This document shows, in pieces, positions 7,497 through 14,266 of a DNA stretch of 32,000 nucleotides. Where the stretch lies: positions 3,488 through 35,487 of the forward strand of contig CAIVXG010000223.1 in NCBI GenBank assembly GCA_903909815.1. Direction: 5' to 3'. The notes beneath the pieces were generated by a model that was given only the letters and a program-made list of their open reading frames with translations, did not search any database and was not told the DNA's origin. A program made the position numbers and the translations under genes. Source of the stretch: an uncultured beta proteobacterium. GTDB lineage: Bacteria > Pseudomonadota > Gammaproteobacteria > Burkholderiales > Burkholderiaceae_C. Position 1 is the first letter of the stretch, and every line of letters begins with the position of its first letter.

Positions 7497-9227
7497 ATGA
7501 AATTACGCCATCGAATTTACTTCATCATTGCTTCTGCACTCATCGGCATCGTGCTGACCAGTGCGTTTGGCTTATATGCCCTGCGTCAGAATCTCTATGA
7601 GGGCCGCCAAGAAGAGATACATAAGGTGGCGCTCTTAAGTCGCGGCGTGCTCGAACGTTACCAGCAACTGGAGGTCAGCGGCAAGCTCAGCCGAGAGGAA
7701 GCACAAAGCCAAGCAAAGGACGCGCTGTCGGGTCTGCGCCATGACGACGACTACATCTTTGTCAGGACCATGGACAATCAGATGCTGGTCCATGCGGACC
7801 AAAGCCGCATTGGAAAGGTCGACAAGGGCTCAAAGACGGCTGATGGGCGGATGACGTCCGACATTTATGCGGATGAACTCGCAAAATCCGATCGCGTCTT
7901 CATGATTGCTTATGTTGCCCGCCCAGGCGACGCGGCCAAGACGCCTGTACCTAAACTGCTAGGCGCGATTCGATTTGAACCTTGGAACTGGGTCGTCGGA
8001 AATGGCGTATTTATTGACGATCTTGATGCGGCGTTTATCTCGTACGCCTACAAGTACCTTGTTCTTGGTGGCGGGATATTGATTCTCATGGGCGCGTTGG
8101 GGGCGCTGCTCTTTCGCTCTATACAACGGCAATTGGGCGGAGAGCCGCAGTACGCCTCGGACGTGGTCAATTTGATCGCGTCCGGCGACCTGAGTATGGC
8201 CATCGAAGTCACTGGTCCTTCAACCAGCCTTCTCGCTTCCATGGAGAGCATGAGGGCCAGTCTGTCCGATGTGGTTGGCAAGGTTCGACAGGGGTCGCAA
8301 GGCGTTGCTACCGCGAGCGCCGAAATTGCCCAGGGTAACCATGACCTGAGTGCCCGCACAGAGAGTCAGGCCAGTGCACTGGAACAGACGGCCTCTTCGA
8401 TGGAGGAACTGTCCGCAACCGTGAAGCACAACGCGGATAGCGCCCGTCAGGCCAACCAACTGGCAATGAGTGCCTCCACCGTGGCGATGCAGGGTGGCCA
8501 GGTAGTGGGGCAGGTAGTCGCTACCATGAAGGGCATCAGCGAGTCGAGCAGAAGAATCTCCGACATCATCAGCGTCATTGACGGAATTGCATTTCAGACG
8601 AACATTCTGGCACTGAATGCGGCTGTTGAAGCCGCGCGCGCCGGCGAACAAGGGCGTGGCTTTGCCGTGGTGGCGTCCGAGGTCCGATCATTGGCTGGGC
8701 GAAGCGCCGAAGCTGCCAAGGAAATCAAGACTTTGATTAACGCCAGTGTGGAGCGTGTTGAGCAAGGTGCCACTTTGGTCGACCAGGCAGGCACGACAAT
8801 GGCCGCGGTAGTCAGTTCCATCAAACGCGTGACTGACTTGATGGGTGAAATCAGTGCCGCCAGCAGCGAGCAGGCCGCAGGTATGTCCCAGGTGGGAGAA
8901 GCCGTACATCAGATGGACCAGGTCACACAGCAAAATGCCGCGCTGGTCGAGGAGATGGCTGCAGCAGCGAGCAGCCTCAATTTGCAAGCTCAAGAGCTAG
9001 TCGGCACGGTGGCCGTATTCAAACTGGTTCAGGGTAAAGACGGATATGCGCGCACAAGCCATCATGCTGCCGCTCCTGTGCGCCACAGCCCTATTTCGCA
9101 AAGCGCCCCAACAAGGAAAGCGGGACCCAAGTTCAACCCCAATGCGAAGTCCACAGCCTTGAGTGCACCCAAGGTTGTAAAAGACGCGACGACAAAGTCG
9201 GACGGCGATGATTGGGAGAGTTTCTGA
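7497..9227 (+). CDS. Methyl-accepting chemotaxis protein (N-terminal TM, Cache-like periplasmic domain, HAMP, MA domain, C-terminal DWESF pentapeptide), 576 aa
   Basis: Signalling hairpin [37 protein letters not shown]. Methylation-helix heptads. Second [22 protein letters not shown] followed by a HAMP-like segment. ATG at 7497; the ORF track start at 7491 is a TTG. Confidence 0.9.
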   Translation: MKLRHRIYFIIASALIGIVLTSAFGLYALRQNLYEGRQEEIHKVALLSRGVLERYQQLEVSGKLSREEAQSQAKDALSGLRHDDDYIFVRTMDNQMLVHADQSRIGKVDKGSKTADGRMTSDIYADELAKSDRVFMIAYVARPGDAAKTPVPKLLGAIRFEPWNWVVGNGVFIDDLDAAFISYAYKYLVLGGGILILMGALGALLFRSIQRQLGGEPQYASDVVNLIASGDLSMAIEVTGPSTSLLASMESMRASLSDVVGKVRQGSQGVATASAEIAQGNHDLSARTESQASALEQTASSMEELSATVKHNADSARQANQLAMSASTVAMQGGQVVGQVVATMKGISESSRRISDIISVIDGIAFQTNILALNAAVEAARAGEQGRGFAVVASEVRSLAGRSAEAAKEIKTLINASVERVEQGATLVDQAGTTMAAVVSSIKRVTDLMGEISAASSEQAAGMSQVGEAVHQMDQVTQQNAALVEEMAAAASSLNLQAQELVGTVAVFKLVQGKDGYARTSHHAAAPVRHSPISQSAPTRKAGPKFNPNAKSTALSAPKVVKDATTKSDGDDWESF

Positions 9228-9539
9228 CTGCTCACGGTTTCTCTTTGGGCCAAAGCAAGGAATCGCGACGCAAACTGGTCTTCCTGGTGCCGGCACACGT
9301 GATCGGCTGGAACTACTGCACTTGAGCCCGCCAGTTAAAAAAATGGCGGTGTTGTCGGGCGAACGACTGCTGCCAAGTTCCAGGGATCGCCGACTGCCAA
9401 AACCGGGCAGCCCTGCCAATAACTGCTGTGGAGAACGTGGCAGATGTTTCTGGGTTGCATCGAATGTCTCTTACGTTGCACTGGAGGCGGTAGCGGTCAG
9501 TGCAGGGGCATTACCGCATGGGCCGCAACATGCTTCATC

Positions 9540-9572
9540 AAAAAAATGCCTGCTAGCAATTAAGTAGCAGGC
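9540..9572 (-). terminator. Rho-independent terminator, probably the native tRNA-Lys terminator displaced by island insertion
   Basis: Stem gcctgcta (9548-9555) / tagcaggc (9565-9572) with a 9-nt loop. A seven-A run on the plus strand at 9540-9546 gives a U-tract on the minus strand. It lies 26 nt downstream of the tRNA 3' remnant. Confidence 0.55.
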
Positions 9573-9597
9573 TTCCTAGTTCCCATGGGGCTTGTGG

Positions 9598-9642
9598 TGG
9601 TTGGTCCTGACAGATTCGAACTGTCGACCTACGGATTAAGAG
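9598..9642 (-). repeat. Displaced 3' portion of tRNA-Lys (anticodon loop to CCA); left att repeat of the island
   Basis: 9603-9642 is identical over 40 nt to 15826-15865. The match extends to 9596/15819 with one mismatch (9602 T vs 15825 G), which would put A instead of C at acceptor position 72. Confidence 0.85.
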
Positions 9643-9913
9643 AAAAGATAATAACAAAATAACGTTTAAAAACAACAAGTTACATAACATCGTATTCGAT
9701 GTGTAGCAAAATGTGTAAGCAAAATGAAAAAATAGCTGCACGCGTAGCGCTAAATCGCCCACCATATCTTCCACGACTGTCTGCACGAATTTAGCACGCC
9801 TGTAGCTCAGCCGAATTCAGTTCATTTACGTGCAAGAAATTCGATCAATTTCTCGCACGTAACCGCACCCTTTCGTCCATCGTCGTCCTCTCTCTGCAAA
9901 CAGCACGAAAAAT

Positions 9914-10165
9914 TTACACGTATGGCTTTATCGTTGTTCCAGCAGCAGTCTTGCGTATCTGCGCCATTTTCTGTCTCGACTGCCGCATCTTTAGCTGCTC
10001 TGCATTTGTGTCCGCTTGTGCTTTCATCTGCTTTGCACGGTTCTTTGCCGCTTTAGCGTTGTCCTTTAAGCGTTTCACACGCTGCTCAGCAGCACCAAAA
10101 TTCTGTATCTCTTCAAGTGTCATATTGGCCCCCATAAACTTATATTTATCGGGGCCGTTTGTCAC
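9914..10165 (-). CDS. Small basic K/A/Q-rich coiled-coil protein (up to 83 aa; start uncertain)
   Basis: The GTG at 10165 overlaps the upstream stop (GTGA). Alternative ATGs lie at 10135 and 10123, the latter preceded by GGGGG. No recognisable domain. Confidence 0.5.
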   Translation of the reverse strand: MTNGPDKYKFMGANMTLEEIQNFGAAEQRVKRLKDNAKAAKNRAKQMKAQADTNAEQLKMRQSRQKMAQIRKTAAGTTIKPYV

Positions 10166-10608
10166 TTTTTCTTCTTAGCAAAGCCCGCACGCAATGCACC
10201 GCTGGCCTGCTCAATCTGTGCATCAAGTTCACCAGCAAGCACCGCTTCCTTTACAACTTCAAGCGTTGCTACAAGATCATCCATTCCGCTCAGCTCCACT
10301 GCATTCTTGCCCTTAGAAATTTCAATCGTCTTTGCTCCATAACGCAGCGCAAGAACAGTTTTTCCATTTGCCTGTGTAAACCACCACGGTTTAACTCTCT
10401 TGGCCTGTTCTACCTGCTTGCGCTCCCCAGTCTCTTTATTGGTAACAAATTTCACCCTTTTTCCTGCATAAATCACACCAGCGTTAGCTGCTTTCGCAAA
10501 CGCAATCTGGGTCTCAATATGCGCAGTCAGCTTGTTTCTACGCAGAACCTCGGGAGATTTCCGGTCAGCTTGCACGCTCACTAGCTTTAGTTTCAAAAGT
10601 GCTGTCAT
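10162..10608 (-). CDS. Hypothetical island protein (148 aa from ATG 10608; 150 aa from ATG 10614)
   Basis: Clean ORF in AT-rich DNA. GGAG lies 8 nt upstream of ATG 10608 but only 2 nt from 10614. Sequence MTALLKLKLVSVQ...KPWWFTQANGKTVLALRYG...; family not recognised with confidence. Confidence 0.7.
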   Translation of the reverse strand: MTALLKLKLVSVQADRKSPEVLRRNKLTAHIETQIAFAKAANAGVIYAGKRVKFVTNKETGERKQVEQAKRVKPWWFTQANGKTVLALRYGAKTIEISKGKNAVELSGMDDLVATLEVVKEAVLAGELDAQIEQASGALRAGFAKKKK

Positions 10609-10693
10609 TTTCATTGCTCCTAAGTTGATAGCAATGCAAGTATGTAGTCACTTTAACAAGTTGTCTACCGAATAACAGTATTTTTGGGGAATT

Positions 10694-11272
10694 TTGTGGA
10701 AAAGCATAAATACCTTTATGCAATCCACATTTTCTCTACAATCTAGCGCAATAACTAACTTTTTGCAGCAGCACAGCGAACACGTCACGAATTTAGCTGT
10801 AGCACACACTTGCTACAAGACTTACGAGCAAGATAAGGCCGGTATGCAGCACATCGTTGCACGTGCAAAGCGTGACTGCACAATATTCCGAAACAATCTA
10901 AACACTAAGCTTTACGGTGGCAACAAAAGTCGTCGCAGGCCGTTACTTTATCAGCCGCTAATACTTGCAACACTAGAAGGATCGTTAGTCAATACTGATC
11001 GCGATTTAACGCTGCACTATAACTTTGCAATCGGTAACTTGCCGAAAGGACTTGCAGACGCAGAATTTCAGTGCATTTTTAGGGAGTGTTGGGTTGTAAA
11101 CGCAAAGCAGCGCGACAACATCTGGCACGAAAATGTTGCTGGAGATAGTGAAGCTGCAAAAGGCTGGATTGGTTACAGCTTAAAAGAAATGCAGAGCAAG
11201 GGCAACATTGAGGCCTGGGACTTTGTAAACACACAGATTCCGTATCAAGCATTTAGTGCAGACTTAAGTTAG
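10694..11272 (+). CDS. Hypothetical island protein (192 aa from TTG 10694; 184 aa from ATG 10718)
   Basis: Only long ORF in this AT-rich stretch. Cys/His/Trp-containing globular composition. No confident motif. Confidence 0.6.
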   Translation: MWKSINTFMQSTFSLQSSAITNFLQQHSEHVTNLAVAHTCYKTYEQDKAGMQHIVARAKRDCTIFRNNLNTKLYGGNKSRRRPLLYQPLILATLEGSLVNTDRDLTLHYNFAIGNLPKGLADAEFQCIFRECWVVNAKQRDNIWHENVAGDSEAAKGWIGYSLKEMQSKGNIEAWDFVNTQIPYQAFSADLS

Positions 11273-11615
11273 CACTGAATTGGGGTCTGAAGGCTGCGCT
11301 ATACGGATAGCGTAGTCCCGGCAGCTATGGTGAAACAATTGTGTAGAAGAGCTAGATGTTCCCTAGAAAGCAACACAAAGCCCAGCAACGCGCGAACAAG
11401 ACGACGCGAATGCTTGGGTGGCTGAAGGGATAAAAACGCTTAGACAGAGGTAAGAAGTTGGCCTCTTATACACCAAATTTAGAGTAACTGAATAAAAATT
11501 AATAAAGATTGTCAAAAAGATTGATATAGTATTTTTGAGCATCGCGAATCGAGGCCGAGGGACGGTGCTTCTACAGCAGAGTGTTTCCATCAACCGCACA
11601 ATTTTAGGACTCTTA

Positions 11616-12284
11616 ATGAAAACTTTATCACTAAGCGCAATTTTACTTGTTACAGCATCTCTTGTGGCATGTGGCGGGGGAGGTGGCGGAACGACAGCAG
11701 TAATTCCGACTTACTCAGCGGATGCTGCAACTACAAAACTATTGGCAGCTGGTGGCACTTTTACTGCGACTGCTGTAAGCGGAAGTGACACTTATACCTT
11801 GTCATTGTCGACAACGCCAGACGCGGATGCGACATTTGGAGGCACGACACGCAAAAAATCAACACAATCACTTACCATCAAGAAAAATGGTGTGCTTGCT
11901 GGAGTTAGCACATATGACAGTTACTACAGCGTAAATCCGTTAGTATCCTATGGGGCAGTCTTTTCGGATGGTACATACGGCGTTAGCACTGGTAGTTACG
12001 TAACACCAACTGCGGCAAAGGTTGGTGATTCCGGGGCAGCTGGAACGCAGGTAATATATACAAACTCTACTCTGGCCAGCATATTGTCAACTCAGACATC
12101 GACTTGGACAATGGAAGCTGATACTGCTACGACAGCGTTTTATTGCCTGAACAGTGTTATAAAAAATGCCTCAAATATCCAAACAAGCACTGGGTCTACT
12201 TGCTTTAAAATTGATTCAGGAAACAACGCAATAGGTTTACGAATTACCATTACAGTTTCAGGAACAACGCTGGTTTTTAGCTAA
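11616..12284 (+). CDS. Lipoprotein, Thr/Ser/Gly/Ala-rich, probably beta-rich (222 aa)
   Basis: MKTLSLSAILLVTASLVAC is a signal peptide with lipobox L-V-A-C, followed by a GGGGGG linker. AGGA lies 6 nt upstream of ATG 11616. The ORF track start at 11535 adds a non-signal leader. Confidence 0.8.
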   Translation: MKTLSLSAILLVTASLVACGGGGGGTTAVIPTYSADAATTKLLAAGGTFTATAVSGSDTYTLSLSTTPDADATFGGTTRKKSTQSLTIKKNGVLAGVSTYDSYYSVNPLVSYGAVFSDGTYGVSTGSYVTPTAAKVGDSGAAGTQVIYTNSTLASILSTQTSTWTMEADTATTAFYCLNSVIKNASNIQTSTGSTCFKIDSGNNAIGLRITITVSGTTLVFS

Positions 12285-12344
12285 ATTTTATCCTTAACGT
12301 ATTTGTTTCTTAGCTTGCTTGATAGGAAACTAAAGAAAATACAC

Positions 12345-12380
12345 AAGAGTCAACATCTGCGCTGCAAGCTGTTGACTCTT
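12345..12380 (+). terminator. Perfect 11-bp stem hairpin downstream of the lipoprotein gene (no U-tract)
   Basis: aagagtcaaca (12345-12355) / tgttgactctt (12370-12380) with a 14-nt loop, 60 nt after the stop at 12284. The following sequence is not T-rich, so intrinsic-terminator function is uncertain. Confidence 0.4.
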
Positions 12381-12484
12381 ATAGAAACCCGATAAACTGC
12401 CTGGACGATTTTTAGCGGTTGCTCTGACCATACATAAGAAAGCACACTGTAGATGTGTTTTTATTACATTATGGGAGAGCGAAA

Positions 12485-13057
12485 ATGAGTCAAGCTAAAA
12501 CGCTAACGGCGCAAGAACTGCGCAGGGTGCTGGACTACGTAGCAACGCGCAAGCACGCAGCGCGTAACAGGGCTATGCTGCTTGCTACGCACTTATCGGG
12601 GATGCGCGTAGGGGAGGTTGCAGCACTACGCATAAGCGACGTTCTTGATGCTGATGGGGGCATACGCAACGAAATACGTTTGGAAGCGGAACAGACAAAG
12701 GGCAGCAGCGGACGCGTTGTTTTTGTTAGCGAAAAACTGCGGAAAGAGCTTGCGAAATATCTTGCACTTTACTGCCCGGAAAATCACGAAGGCAAACTGT
12801 TTTACACGCAAAAACGTATGCGTGATGGATTTTCAGCCAACACGCTTTGCCAATTCTTCCATCATCTTTACAACGCAGTGGGAATTGCTGGCGCGAGCAG
12901 TCACAGCGGACGTAGGTCGTTTATAACAAATCTTGCCAGCAAAGGCGTTGGCGTGCGCGTGTTGATGGCTTTGGCGGGACATAAAAGCATCTCGACAACG
13001 CAAATCTACATCGACTGCAACGACAACCAGAAGCGTGCAGCGATTGAACTGATCTGA
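12485..13057 (+). CDS. Small catalytic-domain-only tyrosine recombinase, FimB/FimE-sized (190 aa)
   Basis: LTAQELRRVL...HAARNRAMLLATHLSGMRVGEVAALRISDV (Arg I region). SHSGRRSF (H-x-x-R). GHKSISTTQIY (His and the Tyr nucleophile). GGGAGAG lies 5 nt upstream of ATG 12485. Confidence 0.85.
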   Translation: MSQAKTLTAQELRRVLDYVATRKHAARNRAMLLATHLSGMRVGEVAALRISDVLDADGGIRNEIRLEAEQTKGSSGRVVFVSEKLRKELAKYLALYCPENHEGKLFYTQKRMRDGFSANTLCQFFHHLYNAVGIAGASSHSGRRSFITNLASKGVGVRVLMALAGHKSISTTQIYIDCNDNQKRAAIELI

Positions 13058-13059
13058 CG

Positions 13060-13311
13060 CTAAGACTTTTTAGGGCCTTGCTTGGTTGCAGCATTTTTTG
13101 CAGTTACTTTTACTGCAGCGGATGTGGCAGCTTTAGGGGTGCGCTTTTTTCTAGCCTTGATGACACTTTTTAGCTCAGTCTGAGTAAAACCGTATTCTTT
13201 AATCTGCGCTCTTACATCAGCTAGCGCAGTAGCACGACCAGTCTTTAACTCCTGTTTTAGTGCCTGTTCAAGCTTTGCAATTTGTTCCCGATACTCAGTA
13301 ACTTTGCTCAT
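13060..13311 (-). CDS. Truncated H-NS-like protein: H-NS-type N-terminal oligomerisation region plus a K/A-rich basic tail (83-84 aa)
   Basis: The pattern Y.EQIAKLEQALKQE...ALADVRAQIKEYGFTQTEL matches the N-terminal half of betaproteobacterial H-NS-like proteins as I recall them. The canonical C-terminal TW[ST]GRG DNA-binding motif is absent, replaced by KARKKRTPKAATSAAVKVTAKNAATKQGPKKS. AGGAG lies 6 nt upstream of ATG 13311 (3 nt from 13314). Confidence 0.55.
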   Translation of the reverse strand: MSKVTEYREQIAKLEQALKQELKTGRATALADVRAQIKEYGFTQTELKSVIKARKKRTPKAATSAAVKVTAKNAATKQGPKKS

Positions 13312-13344
13312 CATGGTCTCCTTTTTTGTTTGTATGAACGCGTG

Positions 13345-13373
13345 ATTTTTTCATATACATAGCGCGGTGTCAA
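13345..13373 (-). promoter_or_regulatory. Candidate sigma70 promoter of the H-NS-like gene
   Basis: The minus strand reads TTGACA (13373-13368), then a 17-nt spacer containing TGa (extended -10), then AAAAAT (13350-13345). It sits about 30 nt upstream of the start codon. Confidence 0.45.
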
Positions 13374-13383
13374 ATTTCCAGTC

Positions 13384-13453
13384 GACCGACCAAATCGAAT
13401 TTGGTTTGGTGGTTTGGTCGGTGGTTTGGTAGATTGAGCGGTAACTTGGTGGT
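13384..13453. repeat. Cluster of GGTTTGGT direct repeats with nested palindromes (iteron/operator-like)
   Basis: GGTTTGGT at 13403-13410, 13411-13418 and 13423-13430, with a degenerate copy at 13444-13453. Palindrome ccaaat-cga-atttgg at 13390-13404. gaccgaccaaa (13384-13394) is the inverted complement of tttggtcggt (13413-13422). Confidence 0.6.
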
Positions 13454-13561
13454 GTTGCACAGTTGAAGTGCAGGGTAAACGCGTGCTGGCACATGCTGGC
13501 GCTGTTTTACGCTAGACGAAAATAAAACGTGCTTAAACAGCACTAATAAGTTACGTCTGCA

Positions 13562-14215
13562 TCAGCGCCGTTTCTTCAACCAAGTTCGTAGCTTCATTGC
13601 AGTTTCAATAGCTGCCGCATCTTCTGCAGCATCAGCGGCAATCACCGGTTTAAGTGCTTCCAGTGCCATCTCAAGAGCCTCTTGTTTTATCGACCGCTTT
13701 GTCTGCAGTAGCTGCAACATTCCAGCACTTTGTTTGTCCATACTTCTGCTCGTAATAACTAACGGCATCGTCATCGGACCCGGGCCTAATTCGCTGCCAG
13801 CATCAAAGTCAAGTGGACGATCAAACCAGATGTGCAAATAACTGTCCATACTTGCCATTTCTTCAAGCCTCAGCAATGCCTTTTCAAATGCCGTGTCAGC
13901 CTTGTCACTCAATTTCTTTGCTACTCTCACGCCATCCTTTCCGCGCACTCCAGATCGTCTAAAACTACCGCTATATCCTTCCATTTTGTTGTAGATAAAC
14001 TGCGCCTTATGTAGTAACTCTTCATACTCAATTACTGCGCTAGGCTTGTCTTTAAAATACGCGCGTTGCTCAACCTGATCTTTCCAGCTACGTTGCATAT
14101 TTTCAAACTCTGCCGTAGTCAGTGCAGCCTTAATGTCTCGCAACGCAACATCTTTGCCGCTTTCAATAACACCAATCAATTCAGCAAGCCGTGTCTTTCG
14201 CTTTTCTTCTCGCAT
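13562..14215 (-). CDS. Hypothetical island protein immediately downstream of the integrase (217 aa)
   Basis: GAGG lies 7 nt upstream of ATG 14215, 51 nt after the integrase stop on the same strand. Charged helical composition. No recognisable motif. Confidence 0.7.
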   Translation of the reverse strand: MREEKRKTRLAELIGVIESGKDVALRDIKAALTTAEFENMQRSWKDQVEQRAYFKDKPSAVIEYEELLHKAQFIYNKMEGYSGSFRRSGVRGKDGVRVAKKLSDKADTAFEKALLRLEEMASMDSYLHIWFDRPLDFDAGSELGPGPMTMPLVITSRSMDKQSAGMLQLLQTKRSIKQEALEMALEALKPVIAADAAEDAAAIETAMKLRTWLKKRR

Positions 14216-14266
14216 ACGTAAACCTCGTTAAGTCAGTTTGCAAGTGCCGAAATATCATACACCATT

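Noticed and set aside
9208-9567. ORFs 9208-9567 (plus strand) and 8997-9419 (minus strand) in the MCP-island spacer, and ORF 9553-9786 (minus strand) spanning the att repeat
   Set aside because: There are no SD sequences or motifs, and they overlap one another. The last runs straight through the tRNA remnant and terminator. They could be decayed gene remnants, but I cannot support that from sequence alone.
9799-9815. tRNA-like D-arm strings: gcctgtagctcagccg at 9799-9814 and agtagctcagact near 7389
   Set aside because: No cloverleaf can be completed around either. There is no anticodon stem and no T-arm GTTCGAATC-type sequence.
11607-11617. An 11-nt inverted match (ggactcttaat) to the tRNA anticodon-stem/loop junction attaagagtcc (15858-15868), overlapping the lipoprotein start codon. 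It could be a secondary att-like site.
   Set aside because: It is a single short match with no flanking similarity. Inversion between these sites would flip the integrase gene and most of the island, which has no supporting evidence. I estimate chance occurrence of an 11-mer in a two-strand 32-kb search at roughly 1-2%, but I made many comparisons implicitly.
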